DNA from: an uncultured Veillonellaceae bacterium
GTDB lineage: Bacteria; Bacillota; Negativicutes; JARBTT01
Assembly (NCBI GenBank): GCA_963805085.1
Contig: CAWDTA010000002.1
Span: 320,001 to 384,000, forward strand
DNA length: 64,000 bases
Reading direction: 5' to 3'
The translations under genes were made by a program, and so were the position numbers. Position 1 is the stretch's first letter, and every line of letters begins with the position of its first letter. Below are positions 31,263 through 43,435 of the stretch, piece after piece. Under the pieces are notes generated by a model, which had not been told where the DNA came from, did no database searches, and was given only the letters and a program-made list of their open reading frames with translations.

Positions 31263-32455
31263 TGTAGAACTGTCTCCTTGATGGCAAGCTTTTCTGCTAG
31301 TGAAGCAGCCCGCTCAGCTCCACCGTACTTTTCCCCTAAGGTCTTTAGTTTTGCGGCTTGCAGGCGATAATTAGAGTCATTTACTACGGCTTGTACCGCT
31401 TCAGCCAACATCTGTGGGGTCAACGCTTTCTTATCAAGAACAATTCCCGCACCACTTTGCGCCAGCACGGCTCCATTGTCCTCCTGTTCAGCCATCGAAG
31501 GGATCACCACTGCCGGTGTACCACAAGCTAAGCAGGTCATAAGTGTAGATGAACCTCCGTGAAAGATGGTTACATCACTGGCCTTGATTAACTCCGTACC
31601 GGGCACGAATCCTCGAATGATGGTATTGCTGGGTGGATTAAATGATTTTATTTTGTCTGGAGAAATGGCAATGCCTGTGGCAATAACCCCTATCATCTGC
31701 GACAAAAGCCTTAGCGACTCAAGAACAAGTTGAAGGAACTGTTCACCAATCAGTGACGAGCCGCCCCCGATGGTCACATACACCAGTGTCTTATCACTAG
31801 CGCCGATATGCTTTTCCTTAAGTTTCTCCCGGGATGGCATCGCATCCGGATATTCAATTAATAATGGTCCGGTAAAATGAATCTTTTCCTGAAAATTCGC
31901 AGCATTTGCTCCTAGGTTTTCAAAGGTAACGCCGCCACTAATCTCAGGCATACCTTCAATCATAATAAAGTCCGCCGCAGTAAGAGAACTGGAGATTTTC
32001 TCCTTTATTTTACTACCCCTCAACCGCTGATTGAACATATCAAGCGTTTTAGTTCCGTGTGGCTGAAGGATTGTCAGTATTGAAGGAATTCCAAGTTGCT
32101 GGCTTACCTTCGGTCCACTTAAGGTGCCACAAAGTAGCAAATTTGGCTTCTCCCGCGTAATAATTTTTGTTTCGATCGCCATAATGTCGGCCATAATCTG
32201 CTGACTCTTCCCCAACATTTCTTCCTGCTCTTCTGGGGTAGTTTCCTGATTGCTAAGCGGGTAATCAAATTGGGGCATATCAGTGATTTCAATGACATCA
32301 ATACCAAAATCTTTAATAATAGGGATTAATTTGTCACTGGCTAGAAATTTCACCTCGTGTTCACGGCGTTGGAGAGCCTTGGCTATTGCCACCACCCTCA
32401 TGGTCTGTCCCATGATCGTACCTGTGCCCATCTGTGCCGTACAGAGAACTTTCAT
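31259..32455 (-). CDS. GT-B glycosyltransferase (GT1/GT28-like)
   Basis: VYVTIGG, FHGGSST, GTPAVVIP..AEQEDNG. Confidence 0.88.
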   Translation of the reverse strand: MKVLCTAQMGTGTIMGQTMRVVAIAKALQRREHEVKFLASDKLIPIIKDFGIDVIEITDMPQFDYPLSNQETTPEEQEEMLGKSQQIMADIMAIETKIITREKPNLLLCGTLSGPKVSQQLGIPSILTILQPHGTKTLDMFNQRLRGSKIKEKISSSLTAADFIMIEGMPEISGGVTFENLGANAANFQEKIHFTGPLLIEYPDAMPSREKLKEKHIGASDKTLVYVTIGGGSSLIGEQFLQLVLESLRLLSQMIGVIATGIAISPDKIKSFNPPSNTIIRGFVPGTELIKASDVTIFHGGSSTLMTCLACGTPAVVIPSMAEQEDNGAVLAQSGAGIVLDKKALTPQMLAEAVQAVVNDSNYRLQAAKLKTLGEKYGGAERAASLAEKLAIKETVLQ

Positions 32456-33473
32456 CTATAGGATCCTCCTTCATTTCGTGGATAATTAAATTTTCTTGGG
32501 TAAGTAACTCGTCAAGCATCGTATGAAGATACTCACGATAGTGCTGGTTAACCACACCACGTACTTCAGGTTTTGATGGAAACTGGCTGATGGCAGAAAT
32601 TGATGCCTTTATTGAGCCGAAAGTATTACCTAGAACTACAGCTAATAACGGATTGCGCAGCTTAGCATAGCAATATATGAAGCCTGCTGAAGCCGTGTCA
32701 CCACACCCTACAGTATCTGCCACCTTTTCAACATCTACCACAGGGACATCTGCCCAAAATATCCGATCATTTCGTCGCCAAGCAACTAAGGAAGATTGAT
32801 CACCGAAAGTGATCCAACAAGCGGTTAACCTTCTACTTACCATATCCGTTGCGTAATTTGCGTAATCTTCATGTTTTTCCAATGAACGTCCGGCGGCCCA
32901 CTGCGCTTCCTTATCATTCATCTTTAGAAAATCAATATTTTTCAGCCATTCGTCAGCGTATTCCCATTCTTTCTTATAGCGGTTACCGTTTTCATCAAGG
33001 CCAGTTATCAACCCATGAATATCCAGAAAAATTGCTGGTCGAGAAGTTTTGCGAAAATTTCTTACATCATCAAGCGTTACATCAGTTTCGTTCAGCGGCA
33101 TCAATATGAGATAATCACAATCTGCCAGCAAATTCAGCTCTGCTAGAGAAACTGGTGTCATCGTGCGCATTTGATGGCTAATTCGTTCATGATCATTAAT
33201 AAGGCTTAGTTCAATCTTTGTCCCATTTTTACATGAGGTATCAAGAATAGGCATTCTGATATTGGGATGATCGAGCAATTCGCGAGCTTCGTTTATGTCC
33301 TCTGGGGATAAATGCGATAGACATACGACGCTGTCGGTCGTTCCTTCCAATAACTTTGCAAGTACTAATGCACTATATGCAACAGCCCCTAATCTACTAA
33401 TAACCTTACCATCTGGCAATACCATCCTGTCTTTCGATATCGGTCCTACAATACCGATCTTCACACTAATCAC
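32361..33473 (-). CDS. PfkB family carbohydrate kinase
   Basis: KMNDKEA and DTVGCGD motifs. Confidence 0.85.
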   Translation of the reverse strand: MISVKIGIVGPISKDRMVLPDGKVISRLGAVAYSALVLAKLLEGTTDSVVCLSHLSPEDINEARELLDHPNIRMPILDTSCKNGTKIELSLINDHERISHQMRTMTPVSLAELNLLADCDYLILMPLNETDVTLDDVRNFRKTSRPAIFLDIHGLITGLDENGNRYKKEWEYADEWLKNIDFLKMNDKEAQWAAGRSLEKHEDYANYATDMVSRRLTACWITFGDQSSLVAWRRNDRIFWADVPVVDVEKVADTVGCGDTASAGFIYCYAKLRNPLLAVVLGNTFGSIKASISAISQFPSKPEVRGVVNQHYREYLHTMLDELLTQENLIIHEMKEDPIDESSLYGTDGHRYDHGTDHEGGGNSQGSPTP

Positions 33474-33703
33474 CTGCCTAAATAGCTATAATTGTATTAT
33501 TTCCCAAGAATCAAAAAATTGATCTCTTGCACATAAATTGCCGAGTATATATTCGTTATCAATGGTACTGGATATGCTATCTAAGTTTTTTAGCATTTTA
33601 TACGCATCGAGTAGCTTTGTGTATTTATCGAAAAAATTTTACCGTGTAGTACCTTTGTCATTGCCATTGAGCAATCGTAGAACTTAATTGGTTCTTATTG
33701 CAA

Positions 33704-35467
<1,764 letters not shown>

Positions 35468-35480
35468 TCAAAAAAAAAGC

Positions 35481-35537
35481 AAAAACTTCCTAACCGGTAA
35501 GAATGAAAATAAATTCAAACCTGTTAGGAAGTTTTTT
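35481..35537. repeat. Dispersed palindromic element, copy C
   Basis: AAAAACTTCCTAACCGGT...ACCTGTTAGGAAGTTTTT. Confidence 0.75.
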
Positions 35538-35759
35538 TACCTCTTTGCCCTGAACACCATATACTATAAATTTAAAGAAAACCATCAAATCGTAACAAAA
35601 GCTACTTATATTGTTTGGTATTACTTTAAATGGAAGCAGTTATATTTTAAGTATATGGATAGGCAAAATATAAAATCAGTAACTTCTAGTTCGTTGTATT
35701 AAACGACCTAAAAGCTACGATTTAACCGATATTACTTATTTTGTATAGATATTTTATTT

Positions 35760-36443
35760 TTAAAAATCACTTGTAGCTGACGAAATTTTATTAAAAAAGT
35801 TTTTTATATTTCTTTTAATTGCAGCTTCTTTAAATAAAGATGACCCAATAACAATATTTTCAGCCCCTGCTTTAATCGTGTCGTTAATATTTTCCATTGT
35901 AACGCCACCATCAATCTGGATCGTGAATTTACCACCTTGTTCTTCACGCCATTTATACAAATTTGCAATTTTGTCTAAACTCGTTGGTATAAATTTTTGA
36001 CCACCAAAACCTGGTTCAACCGTCATAATTAACACCTTATCTATTACACTGGCTTTTACTACATATTCTAAAACGCTAAAATCTGTAGATGGATTTAAAG
36101 CTACCCCTGTTTGCATCCCTAGTTTTTTTATTTTTTCTAATGTCCGATACAGATGATTGCAGGCTTCGCTATGCACAGTTACTGAGTTTACCCCTGCAAC
36201 AGCTAATTGGTCAATCATCATATCCGGATCCTCAACCATTAAATGTGCATCAAACTCTATATTGGGATCAACTGTGCGCAGCATTTTAATCGGATCTACG
36301 CCAAAGCTAATATTCGGAACAAAGTGTCCATCCATAATATCTAAATGCAATGTTGTTATTCCACTCTCAACCAAAGTTTTGATAGTTTCACCTAATTTAC
36401 TAAAGTCTGCACCCAAAAGTGAAGGGGCAATAATTGTCTTCAT
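35760..36443 (-). CDS. rpe: Ribulose-phosphate 3-epimerase
   Basis: HLDIMDGHFVPN, MTVEPGFGGQ, IDGG. Confidence 0.95.
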   Translation of the reverse strand: MKTIIAPSLLGADFSKLGETIKTLVESGITTLHLDIMDGHFVPNISFGVDPIKMLRTVDPNIEFDAHLMVEDPDMMIDQLAVAGVNSVTVHSEACNHLYRTLEKIKKLGMQTGVALNPSTDFSVLEYVVKASVIDKVLIMTVEPGFGGQKFIPTSLDKIANLYKWREEQGGKFTIQIDGGVTMENINDTIKAGAENIVIGSSLFKEAAIKRNIKNFFNKISSATSDF

Positions 36444-36452
36444 AACTTTTCC

Positions 36453-37373
36453 TCACTTTATCGATTTTACTGCAGCAATAATATCCTCTGTCGTTAATCC
36501 ATATTGTTTTAATAGGTCGTCAGGTTTACCAGAAGCGCCAAATTTATCTTTTACCCCAACCATTGCAACTTTAGTCGGATATTCCTGTGACAACACCTCA
36601 CAGACTGCTGACCCCAATCCGCCTATCACACTATGCTCTTCTGCGGTTACGATTTTACCCGTTAACCTTGCAGTTTCCAAAATCAATTCTTTGTCTATTG
36701 GCTTGATGGTATGCATATTAATGACCGTTGCTGCTATTCCTTCTTCTTGTAACTTACTTGCCGCGTCTAAGGCTTTTGCTACCATAATTCCCGTTGCAAT
36801 TATGCCTACGTCTTTACCTTCTCTCAAGACTTCGCCTTTACCCCAGATAAACTGATAATATTCGTTATGCAAATCTGGCGTTGCCGCTCTGCCTAAGCGT
36901 ATATAAACTGGTCCATAATATAGCACTGCAGCTTTAATCGCTTCTTCCGCTTCTTTACCATCAGATGGATTGATAACCGTCATGTTGGGAATGCTGCGCA
37001 TAAGTGAAATATCTTCAATTGCTTGGTGACTCCCACCATCTTCACCTACTGTAAGACCTGCATGAGTTGCAGCAATTTTTACATTTAAATTTGGATAGGC
37101 AATCGAATTGCGGACTTGTTCAAACGCTCTCCCCGCGGCAAAAATTGCAAAGGTACTAGCAAATGGTATTTTTCCACAAGTTGCTAGTCCAGCTGCTGTT
37201 CCCATCATATCTTGCTCTGAAATTCCCATATCAAAAAATCTTTCAGGACATACTTTTTTAAATTCAATTGTTTTTGTCGCTTTCGCTAAGTCAGCATCAA
37301 GCACTACGACTTGAGGATTTTCACTAAGCTCGACTAATGTTTTACCAAAGGCTTCTCTTGTTGCAATACTCAT
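36453..37373 (-). CDS. Transketolase C-terminal subunit
   Basis: GISEQ, GEDGGSHQ, TAEEH. Confidence 0.95.
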   Translation of the reverse strand: MSIATREAFGKTLVELSENPQVVVLDADLAKATKTIEFKKVCPERFFDMGISEQDMMGTAAGLATCGKIPFASTFAIFAAGRAFEQVRNSIAYPNLNVKIAATHAGLTVGEDGGSHQAIEDISLMRSIPNMTVINPSDGKEAEEAIKAAVLYYGPVYIRLGRAATPDLHNEYYQFIWGKGEVLREGKDVGIIATGIMVAKALDAASKLQEEGIAATVINMHTIKPIDKELILETARLTGKIVTAEEHSVIGGLGSAVCEVLSQEYPTKVAMVGVKDKFGASGKPDDLLKQYGLTTEDIIAAVKSIK

Positions 37374-38194
37374 TTTGTAACACTTCCTTCTAACTCAGCA
37401 ATCGCTTCTTCTTTTTGTTTTTGGTTAGGCGCAGAGCCATGCCATCCCACTTGGTTTTCCATAAAAGAAACGCCTTTTCCCTTCACTGTCTTTGCAATAA
37501 TTGCTGTTGGTTTACAAGTTAAATTTTGTGCTAAATCAATTGCAGCTCTAATCTGCACAAAATCATGACCGTCAATTTCAATTACATGCCAACCAAAGGC
37601 TTTAAATTTATCGCCAATTGGATCTACATTCATTACCTCTGCATTAGCACCATCAATTTGCAATCCATTGTTATCAACAATTAAAGTTAAATTATCTAAA
37701 TGATAATGCGCACTGCTCATTGCCGCTTCCCATATTTGTCCTTCTTGTAATTCACCATCACCAGCAATTGCATAAACTTGATAAGGCTTCTTATCTAATC
37801 TAGCCGCTAAAGCCATACCATTTGCCACAGATAAGCCTTGTCCTAAAGAACCTGTTGACATATCAATGCCTGGTATCCGTTTCATATCTGGATGGCCTTG
37901 TAACATTGCGTCTATTTTTCGCAAATTTACAAGTTCTTCTTTTGGAAAATAACCTCTTTCCGCTAATACACTATAAAGGCCTGGTGCCGCATGTCCTTTT
38001 GATAATACAAAGCGATCACGCTCTTTCCACTTAGGCATATCAGGACGTACATTCATTTTTTCAAAGTATAATACAGTTAAAATATCAACCATTGATAACG
38101 AACCACCTGGATGTCCAGAACCAGCAGCGGCTAACATTTCAATGATATTTATTCGAATTGATTGGACTAATTTTTTTAATTCATCGATTTCCAT
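37370..38194 (-). CDS. Transketolase N-terminal subunit
   Basis: SGHPGG, SKGHA, GDGELQEG TPP motif. Confidence 0.95.
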   Translation of the reverse strand: MEIDELKKLVQSIRINIIEMLAAAGSGHPGGSLSMVDILTVLYFEKMNVRPDMPKWKERDRFVLSKGHAAPGLYSVLAERGYFPKEELVNLRKIDAMLQGHPDMKRIPGIDMSTGSLGQGLSVANGMALAARLDKKPYQVYAIAGDGELQEGQIWEAAMSSAHYHLDNLTLIVDNNGLQIDGANAEVMNVDPIGDKFKAFGWHVIEIDGHDFVQIRAAIDLAQNLTCKPTAIIAKTVKGKGVSFMENQVGWHGSAPNQKQKEEAIAELEGSVTK

Positions 38195-38261
38195 AAGTTT
38201 TCCTCATTCATCTAAATATTTTTTCATTCAAGTTTATATCTTGTATCTCAGATATAATTTT

Positions 38262-38732
38262 CTAAGCTTTTTCAGACAATAAGCAGTGTTTTTGCTCATA
38301 GTCTTGAATCAAACGAATTCGTTCTCCATATTTCCCCCCTAAGAATTCAGTATCTAACCAGACTTTCATTATTTCAATCGCCATTGCTGGTGCGATAATT
38401 CTTGCTCCCATACAAAGTACATTAGCATCATTATGTTCCCTTGTTGCTTTGGCTGAAAACAAATCATGAACAAGTGCAGCGCGTATACCAGCAATTTTAT
38501 TTGCCATCATCGACATTCCAATCCCTGTCCCGCAAACTAAGATGCCTTTTTTATCTTTATTGAAAGCCACATTTTTTGCAACATCTTGCGCAATGACTGC
38601 AAAATTTACAGAGTCTTCGTTGTATGTTCCCATATCCTCAACTCCTATATCATGACAATGCAAAAATTCAATTAAATCATTTTTCAAAGAGAATCCTGCA
38701 TGGTCGCTTCCGATAACAACAACTTTTTTCAT
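38262..38732 (-). CDS. rpiB: Ribose-5-phosphate isomerase B
   Basis: GSDHAG, CGTGIG, HNDAN. Confidence 0.93.
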   Translation of the reverse strand: MKKVVVIGSDHAGFSLKNDLIEFLHCHDIGVEDMGTYNEDSVNFAVIAQDVAKNVAFNKDKKGILVCGTGIGMSMMANKIAGIRAALVHDLFSAKATREHNDANVLCMGARIIAPAMAIEIMKVWLDTEFLGGKYGERIRLIQDYEQKHCLLSEKA

Positions 38733-38756
38733 GATAGAACTCCTTATTTTAATTTT

Positions 38757-39443
38757 TCACTTTTGTCCATAATAAGCATTTTTTCCATGTTTTCTTGAGA
38801 AATGTTTATTCATCAAAATTTTATCCATAATATTATTTGGTGTCATCAATTCTGTATAATAGGCCATACGAGCAACCTCTTCTAAAACTACTGCATTATG
38901 AACTGCTTCTTTGGCACTTTTTCCCCAAGTGAACGGACCATGATCATTGACAACTACGCCTGGGCAGTGAATTGGATTTCTTCCCATAAAAGTTTCAATA
39001 ATTACATTGCCTGTTTCTTGTTCATAATTCCGATCGATTTCCTCTTTACTTAGCTTTCTCGTACAAGGAATTTCTCCATAGAAATAATCTGCGTGAGTTG
39101 TACCACAAGCTGGAATTGACTTACCAATTTGCGCCCAAGTGGTTGCCCAGCTAGAATGTGTATGAACAATTCCACCAACCTCATCAAATTCTTTATACAA
39201 AGCAAGGTGTGTAGCGGTGTCAGAGGATGGATTTAATTTTCCTTCAATACGATTTCCTTCTAAGTCGACAACAACTAAATCATCTATTGTCATAACATCG
39301 TACTCGACCCCGCTCGGTTTAATGACAACCAGGCCTTTTTCCCTGTCAATACCACTCACATTTCCCCATGTATAGGTAATCAAACCTCTAGCAGGTAACT
39401 CTAAATTTGCTGCTAAAACCTCTTTTTTTAATTTTTCTAACAT
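38757..39443 (-). CDS. araD: L-ribulose-5-phosphate 4-epimerase
   Basis: [24 protein letters not shown]. Confidence 0.96.
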   Translation of the reverse strand: MLEKLKKEVLAANLELPARGLITYTWGNVSGIDREKGLVVIKPSGVEYDVMTIDDLVVVDLEGNRIEGKLNPSSDTATHLALYKEFDEVGGIVHTHSSWATTWAQIGKSIPACGTTHADYFYGEIPCTRKLSKEEIDRNYEQETGNVIIETFMGRNPIHCPGVVVNDHGPFTWGKSAKEAVHNAVVLEEVARMAYYTELMTPNNIMDKILMNKHFSRKHGKNAYYGQK

Positions 39444-39608
39444 GACAACTACTCCTTTTCAACATAATTTTACATTTTAGAACTCTATGAACTGCTGCCG
39501 CTATCAATATATAGCGACTCCTTATTTTTGATCACTTATATCTTTCAGGCTGTCGACAAAATAAAATATTTGTGTCGATGATTTAGAAGATATCTAAATC
39601 CGTTCCAC

Positions 39609-40667
39609 TTATATTTTTACCAACACTTTATTAAATTCAATTTCACGTTTCGCCATTTTTTGTAAATATTCACCCAATTCTTCTAGTGAAATAATATGCG
39701 AAAGCATCGGTTTAAAAACAATCTCACCTTTTTGCATAAACTCCAATGTAGCCGTCCAAGCTCTACCTGGATAAGGTTGTGTATAAGAATTCCACGAACC
39801 TTTAATCGTCAATTCACCACGTAAAATATTTTCTGCTGCAGTTGCACTTAAAGGTAATTCAGCATGAGAAATTCCAACAAAAACAATGGTACCTTTTTTC
39901 TTTGCAATCATCAATGACTGTTCCTGCGTAAATCTACTACCAGCAGTTTCAATGACAACATCAGCACCACCATTTGTCATTTCTTTAATGACAGCTACAG
40001 CGTCTACTTCTTTTGCATTTACACTATCCGTTGCCCCCAATTTTTTGGCAAGTTCTAGTTTATCATTGAAAATATCCACAGCAATCACTTTTGCTGCGCC
40101 AAAAACTTTTGCCCATTGAACCGCAAACTGTCCAATAGGCCCGCATCCCAAAATGACAACTTGATCGCCAACCTTAATTTCAGCTTTGGCAACACCATGA
40201 TAGGCTATCGTTGATGGTTCGATACCTGCGGCAGTTTCATAGTCTAATCCTTCCGGCAATTTAAGAAGATGACCGGATTTCACCTTAACAAACTCGGCAA
40301 AAGCTCCATTTACTCTCGTTCCAATAATTTGATAATCACCACACAAGCCATAATTACCTGATTTACAATATTCACAATGTCCACATGGAACAAGTGGTGC
40401 AACCGCTACTTTATCCCCAATTTTAAAAGCAGTAACCTTCTCGCCAACTTTGGTAATTTGTCCAGAAAACTCATGTCCTAAAATTAATGGATACTTAGTT
40501 GTTCCACTCAAACCACTAATCATAGCTCTAGGTAAGTCAGATCCACAAATCCCCGCATATTTAACATTGACCAGTACCTCGTCTACATCAATTTCTGGGA
40601 TATCTACCATTTCACACTTAACCTCAGCTATGCCATGTAATACTGAAGCCTTCATTTTGTTTAACAT
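39609..40667 (-). CDS. gatD: Zn-dependent polyol-phosphate dehydrogenase (GatD-like)
   Basis: GICGSD, GHEFSG, CxxCxxC Zn site, GCGPIG. Confidence 0.85.
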   Translation of the reverse strand: MLNKMKASVLHGIAEVKCEMVDIPEIDVDEVLVNVKYAGICGSDLPRAMISGLSGTTKYPLILGHEFSGQITKVGEKVTAFKIGDKVAVAPLVPCGHCEYCKSGNYGLCGDYQIIGTRVNGAFAEFVKVKSGHLLKLPEGLDYETAAGIEPSTIAYHGVAKAEIKVGDQVVILGCGPIGQFAVQWAKVFGAAKVIAVDIFNDKLELAKKLGATDSVNAKEVDAVAVIKEMTNGGADVVIETAGSRFTQEQSLMIAKKKGTIVFVGISHAELPLSATAAENILRGELTIKGSWNSYTQPYPGRAWTATLEFMQKGEIVFKPMLSHIISLEELGEYLQKMAKREIEFNKVLVKI

Positions 40668-40723
40668 TATAATTTCCCCTCTCTATAAATAAGCGTGATA
40701 AACTTGCTATATTAACTTAATGT

Positions 40724-40740
40724 AGCAAATATCATGCCAA
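40724..40740 (-). promoter_or_regulatory. Sigma54 -24/-12 promoter
   Basis: TTGGCATGATATTTGCT. Confidence 0.85.
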
Positions 40741-40990
40741 CCAAAATTCAAATTTAAAAACCTGATTTTCCTTGGATATTAATCTATTCCATCAGCAGTC
40801 ATTACATTTAATGCAACTGCATTACATTATGAAATTATTGTTTATCATTATGTTTTACCAAGTGCATTTAACCGGTCGGTTCGTTTTCATGAGCAAATTT
40901 TAGTTTTTTAAACCTTTTTGAAATAAAACAACTGCAATAAAATCAATTGATTTCATTACAGTTGTTTTTATCTATTCATTAAAAATTTTC

Positions 40991-42394
40991 TTAAACGTTT
41001 GTCTCATCAGAAGCATTTTTTAACGCCTGTCTATCTAAATAATCGGAAATTGCTGCTTTGTTCTTTTTGTATAAAGCCCAAAGAGCAAAGTAAACGACTA
41101 CCGCAAGTCCAATTAAGATTGGGCTCGCTGTTAAAAATGCAAAGAATACTAATCCCATTAAAGGTTTTCCTAAGATATTAAAGCTCGTAATTAACATTGC
41201 ACCTGCCGGAATCGCTACCCCTATTGCCAACGACATATCCGTAAATAAAGGTGCAGTTAGCGTACAAATGTATAATCCAAGGGCAAACCAGATAACTCCT
41301 GAAAACAGTATTTTCGCAATATTCCCATTATGGACCGCAACAAGACCCTGTACCATATAAGGAATAGCCAATAAGTCAACTACAGGTAAAACTTGGTTGC
41401 CTGGCAATATTACTGCTACTACCAGCATGATTGGGATAAGAATTAATCCTGACATCAACGTAGCTGGCTCACCATATCCTACAGCATCATTTACTGCAAT
41501 ATACCATTCTCTATTTCCTGATTTCTCCATCATTTTTCTTGCAGCTGCGGTTATTGGTGCAAAGGCTTGTGCAAACATACTTGCAACTTTCGGAAAAATA
41601 GCCATAACTGCACTAGTAGAAATACCAACCTTCATGATTTCTCCCCAAGCAGCCAGCGTTTCAATTCTATCTACATTACCTAAAATACCAATAAACATCC
41701 CAAGAAAAAGACCCAATGTCATCGGTTCACCAAGAAAGCCAAATTTCTTCTCTAGTTCAACCGGATTTAATTTAATTTTGTTTAATCCTAATGCATTATA
41801 AATTGGATCCGCAACAATTGCAAAAATGGATGGTTCAACATTATGCATTGCAATGATTGTACAATTTGGATATTTATAGTACGTGGACCATCTTTTTGCT
41901 ACCAATTCTGAAATTAATAAACTATATAAATTAAGCAGAACCATACAAGCAATACCTAATGGAAAGCTGCCAGTCACGCCGATAACCATAGCGCCCCAAA
42001 CCATATAGGAATAATTATTCCATAAATCTGATGGTTGGAAAACATCTGTCCACTTTACTAAAAATAAAATCGTCTGTAAAGCTATCCCTAAACCAAGATA
42101 AATCATACCAGCGCTAGTGGAAAAAGCTACCAGTGATGTTGCTTGCCAGCCAACATCGAATACTGGCAATTGTACGCCTGTAATATGAACCATTTGATTT
42201 ATTACCGGTGTAATAATTGGAGTAAATGAATTTAAAATTAGTACAAATCCCTGTAAAGCAACCCCAGCATAAATTGCAGAAAGAAAAGATTTTTTGGTTG
42301 TTACTTTAAATACTTTAGCAATGATAAAGATAATGACTGGTACAATAATCGCTGCACCAAATGAATCAATAATAGCTTTCATAAATTCCAACAT
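40991..42394 (-). CDS. gatC: PTS galactitol-family IIC
   Basis: FDVGW, DLWN, LPVVDL; multi-TM. Confidence 0.9.
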   Translation of the reverse strand: MLEFMKAIIDSFGAAIIVPVIIFIIAKVFKVTTKKSFLSAIYAGVALQGFVLILNSFTPIITPVINQMVHITGVQLPVFDVGWQATSLVAFSTSAGMIYLGLGIALQTILFLVKWTDVFQPSDLWNNYSYMVWGAMVIGVTGSFPLGIACMVLLNLYSLLISELVAKRWSTYYKYPNCTIIAMHNVEPSIFAIVADPIYNALGLNKIKLNPVELEKKFGFLGEPMTLGLFLGMFIGILGNVDRIETLAAWGEIMKVGISTSAVMAIFPKVASMFAQAFAPITAAARKMMEKSGNREWYIAVNDAVGYGEPATLMSGLILIPIMLVVAVILPGNQVLPVVDLLAIPYMVQGLVAVHNGNIAKILFSGVIWFALGLYICTLTAPLFTDMSLAIGVAIPAGAMLITSFNILGKPLMGLVFFAFLTASPILIGLAVVVYFALWALYKKNKAAISDYLDRQALKNASDETNV

Positions 42395-42443
42395 GAATAC
42401 GACCTCCTTAAATTATATAAGCATTAAAATATCTGTATATCTT

Positions 42444-42746
42444 TTACCTTTTTATTTCACTAATAACCTTAAATGTTTCTTCAAAGAATTCGTCTTCTCC
42501 CATACCCGTTAAACAAGCAAAAGCATTAATCGTTGGGATGCCATAATCACCCGCTTGTAATGGGCTGGTATATGTTATAAAGTCAAAACGTCCTGATTGT
42601 GCTAAATTTAATGCTTCAGTTGGTCTTGCTTCTGTCGTTGAAACTTTTATTCCCTTTTCGCCTAGAACCTCTTTTAATTTTGCTGCAACCATAGAAGATG
42701 TCACCGTTCCCGAACCGCATACCGATAAAATATTTACTTGCTTCAT
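42444..42746 (-). CDS. gatB: PTS galactitol-family IIB
   Basis: CGSGTVTS. Confidence 0.9.
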   Translation of the reverse strand: MKQVNILSVCGSGTVTSSMVAAKLKEVLGEKGIKVSTTEARPTEALNLAQSGRFDFITYTSPLQAGDYGIPTINAFACLTGMGEDEFFEETFKVISEIKR

Positions 42747-42765
42747 GACAATCCCTCCCTTTTCT

Positions 42766-43212
42766 CTAATATTTAATAAAATTTAATAACTCTTTAATAT
42801 CTTCCTTGCTTTTCGCATTTCTAATCTGTTTCATCAACCCCACATTCTGGAATATTCTCATTAAACTTCCCAATAAACCAACTTGTGATGCCGGATCCTT
42901 TACTGCCAATAGAAAGACCAATCCTATATTAAGTTTTTTCATCGGTTCACTCATTGAACAAAACTCTACTGGATTTTTTAAAATGCCTATAGCGAAATTA
43001 GATACATTCACGTGCTCAGAATTTGTATGCGGAATCGCTACACAAAATTCTCCTAAATCTAGACCAGTTGGCAATTTACTTTCTCGTTCGAGTACCGCCG
43101 CGATATAAGAATCTTTAACGTAATTTTTCGCTAACATTCTTTGACCCAGTTCATTAATGATACCTTCACTGTCTTCAGCTTCAACGTCTAATGCGATTAA
43201 ATCTAAATCCAT
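42766..43212 (-). CDS. gatA: PTS galactitol-family IIA
   Basis: RESKLPTG, VAIPHT. Confidence 0.9.
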   Translation of the reverse strand: MDLDLIALDVEAEDSEGIINELGQRMLAKNYVKDSYIAAVLERESKLPTGLDLGEFCVAIPHTNSEHVNVSNFAIGILKNPVEFCSMSEPMKKLNIGLVFLLAVKDPASQVGLLGSLMRIFQNVGLMKQIRNAKSKEDIKELLNFIKY

Positions 43213-43266
43213 TTTATATCCTCCTCCCTTATCAATTCATTGAATAAACCTTTCACTTTATTATTA

Positions 43267-43283
43267 AGCAAGATTCGTGCCAA
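43267..43283 (-). promoter_or_regulatory. Sigma54 -24/-12 promoter
   Basis: TTGGCACGAATCTTGCT. Confidence 0.9.
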
Positions 43284-43435
43284 CCAAAAAAAACTTTTAT
43301 TTTTGTTATAAGCCCTTGAATTTTCAAGCAACTTACTCATCCCTATACATTTAAGTCATAAAAAATACATTTTAGAAATTCAGCTAAACATTATGTGAAA
43401 CTGACCTTGGCAACCAAATTTTTTAATTTAATTGT

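Noticed and set aside
36157-36855. 232-aa + strand ORF
   Set aside because: Antisense to rpe/transketolase, with no recognisable motifs
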